Assembly: GCA_009774615.1 (NCBI GenBank)
Contig: VSOC01000002.1
Location: 24,003-88,002, forward strand
Length of the DNA stretch: 64,000 nucleotides
Direction of reading: 5' to 3'
DNA from: Lachnospiraceae bacterium
Lineage (GTDB): Bacteria > Bacillota > Clostridia > Lachnospirales > Lachnospiraceae
The stretch's first letter is position 1, and each line of letters begins with the position of its first letter. The notes beneath the pieces are model-generated. The model saw only the letters and a list, made by a program, of their open reading frames with translations. It had not been told where the DNA came from and did no database searches. The position numbers and the translations under genes are program-made. This document shows, piece after piece, positions 10,331-20,629 of this stretch.

Positions 10331-11230
10331 ATGAACAAAAAATCGTCAAGGGCTGCAAGAAAAGAGTTTCTTGTGGGAATGGGCTTTATCCTGCCCAGTC
10401 TGCTGGGATTTCTGGTATTTACCTTTATTCCGGTGATTATTTCCTTTGTATTAAGCTTTTCCAACTGGAATTTTATGCAGGGCTGGGGAGCGATTAAGTT
10501 TAATGGATTGAGCAATTATTTTCGGCTTTTTTCCGACGAGTGGTTTCTCAATTCCTATAAAAATAATATTCTTTTTACCGCGGTAACGGTGCCGGTGCTT
10601 ATCGGGCTTGGTCTGGTTATGGCAAGTATTATTAATAAATATATCTATGGCGGCGCTGCTGTGCGAACCATGATTTTTATTCCTTATATTGCCAGTGTGG
10701 TCGCTGTATGTACGGTGTGGATGGTGCTTTTGCAGCCCAGTTACGGTCCGGTGAACCAGGCGCTGAAAGCCTTTGGTGTGGAGAACCCTCCGGGATGGCT
10801 GGCAGACTTTAAGTGGTCATTGCCTTCGATTATGATTATTTATATCTGGCAGCAGGTGGGGTATTATTCCATTGTGTTTCTGGCTGGCTTAAAGGGGCTT
10901 CCGGAGGATGTGTACGAAGCGGCAAAGGTGGACGGAGCTTCACCTGTTCGGCAGTTTTTCTCCATAACCATTCCTCTGATTTCACCGACCACCTTTTTCC
11001 TGACCATTATGGGGATTATTGGTTCCTTTAAGGTATTTGACCAGATCAGCGTTCTGACCCAGGGCGGACCGGGAAGCTCGAGTTCCGTTATGGCTTACTA
11101 TGTGTACCGGACGGCGTTTGACTATTTTGATATGGGCTATGCCAATACACTTGCCTGGGCTTTGTTCGTTCTGGTATTTTTGGTAACACTGATTCAGTGG
11201 AAGCTACAGGACAGGTTTGAAAATGAATAG
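10331..11230 (+). CDS. Carbohydrate ABC transporter permease (CUT1)
   Basis: Six TM segments and the EAA loop LAGLKGLPEDVYEAAKVDGAS. Confidence 0.93.
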   Translation: MNKKSSRAARKEFLVGMGFILPSLLGFLVFTFIPVIISFVLSFSNWNFMQGWGAIKFNGLSNYFRLFSDEWFLNSYKNNILFTAVTVPVLIGLGLVMASIINKYIYGGAAVRTMIFIPYIASVVAVCTVWMVLLQPSYGPVNQALKAFGVENPPGWLADFKWSLPSIMIIYIWQQVGYYSIVFLAGLKGLPEDVYEAAKVDGASPVRQFFSITIPLISPTTFFLTIMGIIGSFKVFDQISVLTQGGPGSSSSVMAYYVYRTAFDYFDMGYANTLAWALFVLVFLVTLIQWKLQDRFENE

Positions 11231-11242
11231 GGGGCAGCAGAG

Positions 11243-12076
11243 GTGAAGAAAAAATGGAATGGGACAAAGATTGTGCTGACGGTGATTTTCTGGGTAATCG
11301 GTTTAAGTATGCTGGTTCCCCTGCTTTGGATGATTTCCACAGCCTGCAAGATGGAGGCGGATGTGTTTAACTTCCCCATCCAGTGGATTCCGCCCCGCTG
11401 GAACTTAAAAGAAAATATGAAGGAGGTATGGGGAGGAACCTATAATTTCGGGCTTTACTATCTGAACTCCATTAAGGTAACGGTTGGAGCAACCATCCTT
11501 CAGGTGTTTGTTTCGGCACTGGGTGCTTACGGATTTTCCAAGGTACATTTTAAGGGCAGAGATAAAATCTTTCTGGCTTACCTTGCCACAATGATGATTC
11601 CGCCCCAGGTTACGATTGTTTCACAGTTTATTATTACCCGGGAGATTGGGCTTTATAATTCCCACACAGGACTTGTGCTGATGCTTGCATTCAGTGTGTA
11701 CGGCGTGTTTCTTCTCAGGCAGGCAATGCTTGCCATCCCGGAATCCCTGTCCGAGTCGGCAAAGATTGACGGAGCCGGGCATGTAACGATATTCTTCCAG
11801 ATTATCCTGCCCATGGTAAAGCCGTCCCTGGCTACCCTGGCGACGTTAAAGTTTGTATGGACATGGAACGATTACCAGACCCCGCTGGTTTTCTTAAACA
11901 GCCGCGAACTGTATACAATCCAGTTGGGCATGAAGCAGTTTGCATCCGAATCGGGGAGCTATTATTCCCTGATTATGGCAGCAGCCGTGTCTGCCATCCT
12001 TCCTCTGATTATCGTCTTTTTGTTCTGCCAGCGTTTTGTTGTGGACGGAATTGCCACGGGAGCGGTGAAAGGATAG
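11243..12076 (+). CDS. Carbohydrate ABC transporter permease (CUT1)
   Basis: IPESLSESAKIDGAG EAA loop, WTWNDY, C-terminal GAVKG. Confidence 0.93.
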   Translation: MKKKWNGTKIVLTVIFWVIGLSMLVPLLWMISTACKMEADVFNFPIQWIPPRWNLKENMKEVWGGTYNFGLYYLNSIKVTVGATILQVFVSALGAYGFSKVHFKGRDKIFLAYLATMMIPPQVTIVSQFIITREIGLYNSHTGLVLMLAFSVYGVFLLRQAMLAIPESLSESAKIDGAGHVTIFFQIILPMVKPSLATLATLKFVWTWNDYQTPLVFLNSRELYTIQLGMKQFASESGSYYSLIMAAAVSAILPLIIVFLFCQRFVVDGIATGAVKG

Positions 12077-12147
12077 GGAATAGGAAACAGAAAAAGCACA
12101 AAACAGATAAAGTAAAAAACAGAAATCACAAAAAGGAGGATTTTTCC

Positions 12148-13536
12148 ATGAAAAAAAGAAAAGTATTTGCAACGCTCCTGGCAGCAGTCAGTGCGGCATC
12201 TCTGCTGACCGGCTGCGGAGGGGGAAATAACAAGACAAACACCGAAACCCAGGCAGATGTATCCGGTGATAACAGCGGTGCGGGGAATTCGGCAGAAGCT
12301 TCTGGCGATAAGGTGAATCTGCGTTTTGTATCCTGGCTGACCGCTTATCAGGATTTGGATAAGAAGGTGGCAGAAGCTTATATGGCAGAGCATCCCAATG
12401 TGACGGTAACTTTTGATTATTACGGCGATATGACGGCAACCGAGTACTATAAAAAGGTGGATTTAATGGTTATGGGCGGCGAGGAAATGGATATTTTAAT
12501 GACCTCTGCTTTCCCGGAACATGCGCAGAGAGCCGGTTCCGGCGCTTACCTGCCGCTGGAAGAATATTTTGAAAAGGAAGGGATAAAGCCGGAGGATGCC
12601 TATGCCTTTGTTTCCAGGGTAAACGGCACAATGTACGGGATTCCCGGCGATTTGAAATCCTGGTTTATCCTGATAAATAAAAACTATCTGGATGAGGCTG
12701 GGCTTCCTGTTCCGGAACTTGACTGGACGTGGGAGGATTACCGCGAATATGCCAATAAAATGACACAGGGTGACGGCGCAGCGAAGCGCTATGGTTCCTA
12801 TTTCCATTCCTGGGATCATTACGACTACATGGGCATGTGGTCAAATTACCCCGACAACCCGATGTTTAATGCAGATTTAACCGCAGTAAACTTTGATCAT
12901 CCAATGTTTAAGGAATGGCTGCAGTTCCGCTACGATATGGAAAATACGGATAAGTGCCAGGTTCCCTTTGCGGATGTCAAGTCGATGAATATGAATTACC
13001 GGGATAAGTTTTTCAACGGTCAGATTGCCATGCTCCCCATCGGAAGCTTTATCGTGCCGGAACTTGATGACCAGGACAAATATCCGCATGAGTTTGTAAC
13101 GACCTTTGCGCCGATTCCTGCATGGAAGGATGCAGAGCCGGGAACGACCTATACCGAGTCCCATTTCTATTCCATCAGCAAGACCTCGAAGCATCCGCAG
13201 GAAGCCTTTGATTTCATTCGTTTTTATACCACCGAGGGAATGAGAATCCGCGGCATCAGCGTATCGGCAGAAAAAGGCATAGATAAGATGGAATTTATGG
13301 AAATGCAGATCGATGAGCCTAAATATGTGGATATGGAAGCATTGGACAAGGTGATGAACAATCCCGCATGGAAGGACAATGTTTATCAGAATGTTCCCCC
13401 ATACAATAAGGAAATGTCCCAGTTGATGGTCGACGAGTGTTCCAAGTTCCTTTTGGGAACCGATTCTCTGGACAATACCATCGCATCCCTGGTAAAGAAC
13501 GGCACACAGATGATGAAGGATAAGGCTGGAAATTAA
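12148..13536 (+). CDS. Sugar ABC transporter solute-binding lipoprotein
   Basis: ATG after AGGAGG, lipobox LLTGC, WTWEDY, FFNGQIAM. The longer ORF from 11857 is a spurious 5' extension. Confidence 0.92.
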   Translation: MKKRKVFATLLAAVSAASLLTGCGGGNNKTNTETQADVSGDNSGAGNSAEASGDKVNLRFVSWLTAYQDLDKKVAEAYMAEHPNVTVTFDYYGDMTATEYYKKVDLMVMGGEEMDILMTSAFPEHAQRAGSGAYLPLEEYFEKEGIKPEDAYAFVSRVNGTMYGIPGDLKSWFILINKNYLDEAGLPVPELDWTWEDYREYANKMTQGDGAAKRYGSYFHSWDHYDYMGMWSNYPDNPMFNADLTAVNFDHPMFKEWLQFRYDMENTDKCQVPFADVKSMNMNYRDKFFNGQIAMLPIGSFIVPELDDQDKYPHEFVTTFAPIPAWKDAEPGTTYTESHFYSISKTSKHPQEAFDFIRFYTTEGMRIRGISVSAEKGIDKMEFMEMQIDEPKYVDMEALDKVMNNPAWKDNVYQNVPPYNKEMSQLMVDECSKFLLGTDSLDNTIASLVKNGTQMMKDKAGN

Positions 13537-13610
13537 CAGGGAAAGATTAGACTGGAGATTAACAGGAAAAGAATAGAGAAAAAAAGGTGCACTGGCTTGT
13601 GCATCCGGGA

Positions 13611-13651
13611 AGAATTCGGGGAAGGGCAGGCTTTGACCCTTCCCTAAATTC
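13611..13651 (+). other. Intra-operon stem-loop after the solute-binding protein gene (likely mRNA stability or partial termination)
   Basis: GGGAAGGG-N10-CCCTTCCC with no T-run. Confidence 0.5.
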
Positions 13652-13673
13652 TGCCAAAAGAATGGAGGACAGG

Positions 13674-15536
13674 ATGATTTATCCAAAAATAACTAAGAGC
13701 CGTATGGTATTTGACTTAAATGGAATCTGGGATTTTCGTTTCCTGGAGGAAGGGGAGGAATACGGCGGAAAAAACCAGGAAGGGGAGGAGTTTCTTCCCA
13801 TGCCGGTTCCGTCTTCTTATAACGATATTTACCCGGGAAGGGATTTTGCCGACCATGTGGGAAATATGCTGTATACACGAACCTTCACCGTGACCGGGGA
13901 GATGCTGAAAAACCGTCTTTTTCTCCGGTTTGCCAGCGTCACCCATTATGCAGAAGTCTGGCTGAACGGAAGTCTTTTAGGAGAGCATAAGGGCGGCTTT
14001 TTGCCCTTTGCGTTTGAAATTACTAAAGCGGTTCATCCGGGAGAGAATGATTTGGCAGTTGTGGTTAATAACATCGTGGATTACACCACGCTTCCTACAG
14101 GCAGCATTGTCCGCCGGAAATTTCCGGGGCTTGAAGACGAGGTGCAGAATTTTCCCCATTTTGATTTCTATAATTATTCCGGGATCATGCGCCCTGTCTG
14201 CCTGTACACCACACCCTCTGCTTATCTGGAAGATATTTCCGTTTACGGAAAGATGGACGGAAGTTTTTACTGGAAAATTAAGGAAAGGGGCGAGGGAAGT
14301 CTGCAGATCCGCATTAAAAATCCCCAAGGGCAGGAGGTCTATACATCCGAAAAGTTTAGGACGGATGCATCGGGGGTTCTTTCAGGTGAGGGACGGGTGG
14401 AAAACGTGCAGCTCTGGGACTGTAAACATCCCTGGCTGTATCAGCTGGAGGCTGTGTTTGCGGGCGAGGACAGAAACGCTGATGTCTGTCAGGAAAGCTT
14501 TGGTTTCCGCGAGGTACATATCCGCAGCTGCCGTCTGTATCTGAATGGGGAGCCGGTTTACTTAAAGGGATTTGGAAAGCATGAGGATTCCCCTGTACGC
14601 GGGCGGGGATTTGATTTGGTCTATGCGGTAAAGGATATTGCCCTCCTTAAATGGACAGGGGCAAATTCCTTCCGCACCAGCCACTATCCTTATGCGGAGG
14701 AAATGCTTCAGCTCTGCGACCGTGAGGGGATTCTGCTTATCGATGAAGCGCCTGCAGTGGGGCTGCACACCGGGTTTAGTGCAACGGGAATGTTGGGAGG
14801 AACACCGAAAAATACCTGGGAAACCTTAAAAACCGCAGAACACCACCGCGAGGTTTTAAAGGACATGGTGGAGAGGGACAAGAATCATCCCAGTGTCATT
14901 GCCTGGAGTGTGGCAAATGAACCGGCAAGCGAGGAGGAGGGGGCAAGGGAATATTTTTCTCCTCTTGTGGATCTGGTTAAGGAACTTGACCCACAGAAAC
15001 GACCGGTGACCATTGTAACCTACGAAGGTTCCAGCCCGGAAAGCTGCAAGGTCGCCGAATTATGCGATATTTTAGTGCTGAACCGTTACCGCGGCTGGTA
15101 TGACACCGAGGGGAATTTAAAAGGAGCAGCCGCTTTGCTGCGGGATGAACTGGAGAGGTTTCATCTTCGCTGTCCGGATAAGCCGATTATGCTGGGGGAA
15201 TACGGCGCGGATACCATTGCCGGCTTTCACGATGTGAATGCAAGGCTGTTTTCCGAGGAGTACCAGGCAGAATTTATCAAGGCTTATGGGGAAGTTTTTG
15301 ACGCTCTGCCCTATATTACGGGGGAGCATATATGGAATTTTGCGGATTTTGCTACGGCTGAAAATATCCGCCGGGTTGACGGAAATAAAAAGGGAGTATT
15401 TACCAGGGACAGAAAGCCCAAGCTGGCTGCCCATGTTCTGCGGGAGCGCTGGAAGGGGCAGGAGAAAGGACAAAACGACGATGGGGATTGCAGTATTGGA
15501 TGTCGGAACTTCAAGCATGCGGGGGATTCTCTATAA
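13674..15536 (+). CDS. uidA: Beta-glucuronidase (GH2)
   Basis: VPSSYND, HKGGFLPF, DFYNYSG, GFGKHED, NSFRTSHYPY, WSVANEP (acid/base), EYGADT (nucleophile), WNFADF, and the GUS-specific N-K motif GNKKG. Confidence 0.9.
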   Translation: MIYPKITKSRMVFDLNGIWDFRFLEEGEEYGGKNQEGEEFLPMPVPSSYNDIYPGRDFADHVGNMLYTRTFTVTGEMLKNRLFLRFASVTHYAEVWLNGSLLGEHKGGFLPFAFEITKAVHPGENDLAVVVNNIVDYTTLPTGSIVRRKFPGLEDEVQNFPHFDFYNYSGIMRPVCLYTTPSAYLEDISVYGKMDGSFYWKIKERGEGSLQIRIKNPQGQEVYTSEKFRTDASGVLSGEGRVENVQLWDCKHPWLYQLEAVFAGEDRNADVCQESFGFREVHIRSCRLYLNGEPVYLKGFGKHEDSPVRGRGFDLVYAVKDIALLKWTGANSFRTSHYPYAEEMLQLCDREGILLIDEAPAVGLHTGFSATGMLGGTPKNTWETLKTAEHHREVLKDMVERDKNHPSVIAWSVANEPASEEEGAREYFSPLVDLVKELDPQKRPVTIVTYEGSSPESCKVAELCDILVLNRYRGWYDTEGNLKGAAALLRDELERFHLRCPDKPIMLGEYGADTIAGFHDVNARLFSEEYQAEFIKAYGEVFDALPYITGEHIWNFADFATAENIRRVDGNKKGVFTRDRKPKLAAHVLRERWKGQEKGQNDDGDCSIGCRNFKHAGDSL

Positions 15537-16986
15537 CGATAAGGGGCAGAAACGATTTACCAGGCAGATTTCCTATTCTCCGCTTTATCTGGGAGAAGGA
15601 CGGGTGGAGCAGGAACCGGCAGTGTGGGATACTGCCATGACACAGGCAATGCGTGCCTGCGCGCAGAAGGCAGAGGAAGAAAAAGAAGATATTAAAGCCA
15701 TTGCCCTGACTGCACAGCGCTCCTCGCTTATTCTGATGGGCGAGGACGGAAAGCCCCTGGGAAATGCGGTGATGTGGCAGGACAGGCGAAACCTTGGGCT
15801 GCTTGACGAGCTTATGCCTTACCAGGAGCGGATAGCAGAGCTTACAGGAAGCCGTCCCAATACCGTGTTTTCGGGTCCTAAGATGCTGTGGATGAAGAAA
15901 AATGAGCCTGAGCGCTACCAAAAGGCAGTACATCTGGCAGTTATCCCGGATTTTTTAATCTACCAGATGACCGGGATATGGGTGACGGACGCAACCTATG
16001 CCAGCCGTTCCCTTTTAATGAACCTTTATACCCGGCAGTGGGATGAAGAATTGCTTGCCCTGTTTCAGATAGAAAAGGAAAAGCTTTCGGTGATTATCCA
16101 GCCGGGAACGATTGCCGGGACGGTGAGCCGGGATTGGTCAGAGAAAACAGGAATCAGGCAGGGAACACCCGTTGTCAGTGCCGGAGGGGATCAGCAGTGC
16201 GCTGCCCTGGGCATGGGCGTGCTGCAGACGGGAAGCCTTGAGGTTTCCGTGGGAACCGGTGCCTTTGTCCTGGCAGCTTCGGCAGAGGTTCCAAAAGGGC
16301 TTAGGGCAGATGTGATTTGCAATGCATCGGCAATTCCGGGGGAATATATTCTGGAGTCAAGTATTCCCGCCTGTGCCTCCGTGTTTAACTGGATACTGCG
16401 CCTGTGCTACGGGCTTAACGAGGAAAACCGGGAATCGGTGTATTGTCTGGTCAACCAGGAAATGGAACAGTCATTATTAAAGGCGGAGGTGCCCATCGTG
16501 CTTCCCTTCTTTCAGGGAAGGGGAACGCCGGACTGGAACAGCAGTGCCAGGGGCTGTATCCAGCAGCTCAGTCTGGGAACCGGGCGGGGTGATCTGGCAA
16601 GGGCGGTTTTTGAAGGGCTGGCGTGTGAACTTGCCCTGAATATGGATGTCCTGGAGGGATATACTGACCGTGGGGAGTATTTGCATCTTTGCGGCGGGCT
16701 GGCAAACAGCCTGGTATTCTGCCGGATACTGTCCGGAATCTGCAATCGGCAGGTTCGTGTTTATCCGGACAATGAGGCAACGGCGATTGGCGCTTTTGTT
16801 TCGGCAGCGGTTGCCCTGGGGCTGTACACCGATTATCGGTCAGCATATGCGCAGGCAAGAAGCGGGCAGCCGGCAAAGGAAATTCAGGCAGAGCAGGGAA
16901 TGATGAAAAATTATCACGGCAAGAAAGAACAGTACCAGGAACTATATCAGGCAATTTATAAAGCAGACAGGAGGAAGGACCGATGA
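15481..16986 (+). CDS. FGGY-family carbohydrate kinase
   Basis: LDVGTSSMR, WQDRR, GGDQQCAALG, GTGAF, GGLANS. RBS GAAAGGA before ATG 15481. Confidence 0.9.
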   Translation: MGIAVLDVGTSSMRGILYNDKGQKRFTRQISYSPLYLGEGRVEQEPAVWDTAMTQAMRACAQKAEEEKEDIKAIALTAQRSSLILMGEDGKPLGNAVMWQDRRNLGLLDELMPYQERIAELTGSRPNTVFSGPKMLWMKKNEPERYQKAVHLAVIPDFLIYQMTGIWVTDATYASRSLLMNLYTRQWDEELLALFQIEKEKLSVIIQPGTIAGTVSRDWSEKTGIRQGTPVVSAGGDQQCAALGMGVLQTGSLEVSVGTGAFVLAASAEVPKGLRADVICNASAIPGEYILESSIPACASVFNWILRLCYGLNEENRESVYCLVNQEMEQSLLKAEVPIVLPFFQGRGTPDWNSSARGCIQQLSLGTGRGDLARAVFEGLACELALNMDVLEGYTDRGEYLHLCGGLANSLVFCRILSGICNRQVRVYPDNEATAIGAFVSAAVALGLYTDYRSAYAQARSGQPAKEIQAEQGMMKNYHGKKEQYQELYQAIYKADRRKDR

Positions 16987-17825
16987 GCAAAATCTTTGAT
17001 GGCTTTACAAAAAAAAAGAATTTTCTGGTATGCATTGATTCCGACGGCTGTGCCATGGATACCATGAACAGCAAGCATTTTTATTGTTTTGGACCATGCA
17101 TGATTGAGGAGTGGGAGCTTACACCCTGGAAGGACGAGGTGCAGAGGCGATGGAACGAGGTAAACCTGTACACGATGACCAGGGGGATTAACCGCTTTAA
17201 GGGGCTGGCAATGCTTTTAAACGAGGTTGACCGGACGTATAAAAGCATTGAAGGAATTGAGGAGTTTTCTGCCTGGGCAGATAAGGCAAGGGAGCTGTCG
17301 AATGCCAGCCTGTCCAAAACGATGGAAAAGAGCAGCAGCACGATATTTAAGAAAGCCCTGGCATGGTCGGTGAAGGTAAATCAAATGGTGGAAAAGCTGC
17401 CGGAGTGTGAAAAAAAGCCTTTTGGCGGCGTGGCAGAAGGGCTTTGGGCAATCCACCAGAAGGCGGATGTAGCCATCGTATCTTCGGCAAACCAGGATGC
17501 CATTGAAAAGGAATGGAAGGCACATAATCTTTTGCAGCACACGGATATTCTTCTGTCGCAGGACTGCGGAAGCAAGGCGTACTGCATCGGACGGCTGTTA
17601 GAAAAGGGCTATCTCAAAAAACAGGTTTTAATGGTCGGGGACGCGCCCGGGGATTGGGACGCTGCCAGTGCAAACGGCGTTTTATATTTCCCGATTCTGG
17701 TAAAAAAGGAATCCAGTTCATGGAACCGGCTGCTGACCGAGGGGCTGGAGAAATTTATCGACGGCACCTACCAAGGCGCATACCAGCAGGAGCAGATCGA
17801 GGAATTTGAGAGGAACCTGCAGTGA
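16983..17825 (+). CDS. HAD-superfamily hydrolase
   Basis: Motif I CIDSDGC, motif II VSS, motif IV MVGDAPGD. ATGA overlap with the kinase. Confidence 0.85.
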   Translation: MSKIFDGFTKKKNFLVCIDSDGCAMDTMNSKHFYCFGPCMIEEWELTPWKDEVQRRWNEVNLYTMTRGINRFKGLAMLLNEVDRTYKSIEGIEEFSAWADKARELSNASLSKTMEKSSSTIFKKALAWSVKVNQMVEKLPECEKKPFGGVAEGLWAIHQKADVAIVSSANQDAIEKEWKAHNLLQHTDILLSQDCGSKAYCIGRLLEKGYLKKQVLMVGDAPGDWDAASANGVLYFPILVKKESSSWNRLLTEGLEKFIDGTYQGAYQQEQIEEFERNLQ

Positions 17826-18011
17826 ACGATGGCGGGAAACGGTATGTTAGAGGCTGTGAAAATTGATGGCAGGAAATTGTTTGTGAAAACTGGTGGAAAT
17901 CATGGAAAGTTTGTAAAAGCTGGTGGAAATCATGGAAAGAAACAGTTGGAGAAAACCTGCAGTGAAAAGATAGTAGAAAACCATATGCTATTAGGAAGGG
18001 GAGAAAGGGAA

Positions 18012-18878
18012 ATGTACAGTATTCATAAAAATCCCATTGGAATTTATGAAAAGGCATTGCCCAAGGCATTTACCTGGGAGGAAAAATTCCGGGCAGCAAA
18101 GAGGGCAGGATTTGATTACATGGAATTGTCCGTCGACGAGTCGGATGAACGGCTGGCAAGGCTTGACTGGAGCGATGAGGAGATTGAAACACTTCGCACA
18201 GTTATGCGGTTTACCGGGATTAGTTTTCCCACCATGTGTTTAAGCGGGCATCGGAAATATCCGTTTGGAAGCAAAGACCCTGCGGTCAGGAAAAGGGCAA
18301 TGGAGATTATGGAAAAGGCAATTCGTCTGTCCGTAAAGCTGGGTATCCGCTGTATCCAGCTGGCAGCCTACGATGTCTACTATGAAGAATCCGACGAAGA
18401 AACAAAGGCGTTCTTTCTTGCGGGAATGAGAGAGGCAGTTGCCATGGCTTCCCGGGCTGGTGTAATTCTGGCACTGGAAATTATGGATACAAAGTTTGTG
18501 GGAACGATTGTCCGTGCCCTGCACTATCTGCGCGAAATCCCGTCGCCCTATTTTAAAATTTATCCGGATATGGGAAATTTAAGCAATTTCAGCAATGATG
18601 TAACCGCTGAATTTGAAATCGGTCTGGCAGAAACGGTGGCAATCCATGTAAAGGAAACGAAGCCGGGTGTGTTTAAGGAGGTTCCCTTTGGCGAAGGGGA
18701 AGTGAAATTTGCGGAGATTTTTGCTAAACTCAAGGAGCTGAATTACCAGGGGATGTTTCTGGTGGAAATGTGGGCAGATAACCATGCCTGCCAGACCGTG
18801 GAAGAAGCCGCAGCGGTGATTGGCAGTGCCTATCGTTTTGTTACCGGAAAAATGAAAGAAGCGGGGATGGAGGTGTAG
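18012..18878 (+). CDS. ulaE: L-ribulose-5-phosphate 3-epimerase (L-xylulose-5-P 3-epimerase)
   Basis: IGIYEKALP, MELSVDESDERLARL, MCLSGHRKYPFGS, IQLAAYDVYYE, EIMDT, VEMW. Confidence 0.92.
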   Translation: MYSIHKNPIGIYEKALPKAFTWEEKFRAAKRAGFDYMELSVDESDERLARLDWSDEEIETLRTVMRFTGISFPTMCLSGHRKYPFGSKDPAVRKRAMEIMEKAIRLSVKLGIRCIQLAAYDVYYEESDEETKAFFLAGMREAVAMASRAGVILALEIMDTKFVGTIVRALHYLREIPSPYFKIYPDMGNLSNFSNDVTAEFEIGLAETVAIHVKETKPGVFKEVPFGEGEVKFAEIFAKLKELNYQGMFLVEMWADNHACQTVEEAAAVIGSAYRFVTGKMKEAGMEV

Positions 18879-18884
18879 GAAAAC

Positions 18885-19955
18885 ATGAAAAAAGAGATAA
18901 TGGCAGAGCTGGAAAAATGTTATTCCATAGCGCCGCTGATGTATCAGGGAAAGCAGCATTTTCTGGTTGCTGCGGAAAAAAAGGATCGGTGTATTTTATT
19001 TGACGCAGAGGGAAAGGAAAAGGCAACCATATGGGAAGAACCGGGAGGCACCATGAGCATGGTTCAGGTTCCCGGAACGGACGGGGTATTTTTGGCAACC
19101 CATCAGTTTTATTCGCCCAATGATTCCAAAGAGGCAAAAATCATCCTTGCCGCGCCGGATAAAGAAGGAAGCTGGTCGGTTAAGACACTGGTCGAACTGC
19201 CGTTTGTTCACCGCTTTGACCTTTTAACTGCCGGCGGGAAAACCTATTTGATTGCCTGTACCCTGAAATCCGGGCATGCGCACAAGGACGACTGGTCGCA
19301 GCCGGGAAAGGTGTACGCGGCAGAGCTTCCCGGCGATTTATCCGGTGTTGATAAAGAGCATCCCCTGGAGCTTAAAGTGATCAAAGAAGGGCTGCTGAAA
19401 AATCACGGCTATTATCGTGTGACGGAGGGCAATGCGGTTTCGGCTCTGGTGTGCAGCGAAAACGGCGTTTTCCGGTTCTATCCGCCAAAGGAAGCAGAAA
19501 AGGCATGGCATGTGGAGCAGCTTTTGGACACCCCGGCAAGTGATGCGGTGCTGTTTGACTTAAATGGGGACGGCGAAAATGAACTGGTGGTGCTTTCTCC
19601 CTTCCACGGCGATGAGGCAGCCATTTATCAAAAGATCGAAGGGCATTATCAGAAGGTGTACCAATATCCGGAAAAGGCAGAATTTCTTCATGCTGTCTGG
19701 GCAGGAAAACTGGCAGGAAAGCCCGTTGTCTTCCTTGGTCACCGCAGGGGTGCCCGAAGATTGTTTGTTCTTTTCTGGACAGGAAGCAGCTACAGCTTTA
19801 AGACCGTCGACGACGACTGCGGCGCGGCAAATGTCTGTGGATATTCCTGGGAAGGAAAGGATAGGCTTATTGCCGCGAACCGGGAAATCAACCAGATTGC
19901 CCGCTACAGCTTTGAAGACGGGGATATTGAGGAGGGGTTATGTTTGAAGAATTAA
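18885..19955 (+). CDS. Hypothetical soluble beta-rich protein, possible beta-propeller with an FG-GAP-like motif
   Basis: 356 aa, translationally coupled within the operon. DLNGDGENEL motif, repeated beta strands and several His residues. Confidence 0.7.
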   Translation: MKKEIMAELEKCYSIAPLMYQGKQHFLVAAEKKDRCILFDAEGKEKATIWEEPGGTMSMVQVPGTDGVFLATHQFYSPNDSKEAKIILAAPDKEGSWSVKTLVELPFVHRFDLLTAGGKTYLIACTLKSGHAHKDDWSQPGKVYAAELPGDLSGVDKEHPLELKVIKEGLLKNHGYYRVTEGNAVSALVCSENGVFRFYPPKEAEKAWHVEQLLDTPASDAVLFDLNGDGENELVVLSPFHGDEAAIYQKIEGHYQKVYQYPEKAEFLHAVWAGKLAGKPVVFLGHRRGARRLFVLFWTGSSYSFKTVDDDCGAANVCGYSWEGKDRLIAANREINQIARYSFEDGDIEEGLCLKN

Positions 19956-20629
19956 AAGAACGGGTTTACTGTGCCAATATGGAACTTCCAAAGTATGGGC
20001 TGGTTACCTTTACCTGGGGGAATGTCAGCGAGATAGACAGAAAAAGCGGATATTTTGCCATTAAGCCCAGCGGTGTGGATTATGATCGGCTGAACCCGGA
20101 GGATATGGTCATTATGGATCTTCTGGGAAATAAGATAGAGGGCAGATACAATCCATCCTCGGATACTGCCACCCATATCGAACTGTATAAGGCATTTGCA
20201 GGGATTGGCGGGGTGGTGCACACCCATTCACCCTGGGCAACCAGCTGGGCACAGGCAGGAAGGGGGATTCCCTGCTATGGAACCACCCATGCCGATTATA
20301 TTTACGGGGAAGTTCCCTGCGTAAGATGTCTGCACGGCAGGGAATTTGATGCGTATGAAAAAAATACCGGGCGTCTGATCGCGGAGGCATTTGCCGACAG
20401 GGACTATCAAGCGGTTCCTGCCGTACTCTGCAAAAGCCATGGACCGTTTGCCTGGGGAAAGGATGGCTTTGAGGCAGTACATAATGCGGTTGTTCTGGAA
20501 GAAGTCGCTAAGATGGCAGCAAGATGCGAGATTCTCTCGCCGCAGATAAAGCCTGCCCCCCAGGAATTGCAGGATAAGCATTACTACCGCAAGCATGGAG
20601 CAAATGCTTATTACGGGCAGAAAAATTAA
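19940..20629 (+). CDS. araD: L-ribulose-5-phosphate 4-epimerase
   Basis: TWGNVS, IKPSG, PSSDTATH, VHTHS, GTTHAD, HGPFAWG, RKHGANAYYGQ. Confidence 0.95.
   Translation: MFEELKERVYCANMELPKYGLVTFTWGNVSEIDRKSGYFAIKPSGVDYDRLNPEDMVIMDLLGNKIEGRYNPSSDTATHIELYKAFAGIGGVVHTHSPWATSWAQAGRGIPCYGTTHADYIYGEVPCVRCLHGREFDAYEKNTGRLIAEAFADRDYQAVPAVLCKSHGPFAWGKDGFEAVHNAVVLEEVAKMAARCEILSPQIKPAPQELQDKHYYRKHGANAYYGQKN

Noticed and set aside
11857..12147. Long 5' extensions in the ORF track (also 13587, 15238, 17829, 20699, 28682, 34140, 39766, 56636)
   Set aside because: They overlap upstream genes or non-coding repeats. In most cases a better start with an RBS and a family-typical N-terminus lies downstream.
12877..13686. 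Long antisense and alternate-frame ORFs (for example 12877-13686, 21071-21829, 24248-25093, 39787-40431, 50653-51315)
   Set aside because: They are shadows of well-supported genes and have no recognisable motifs.
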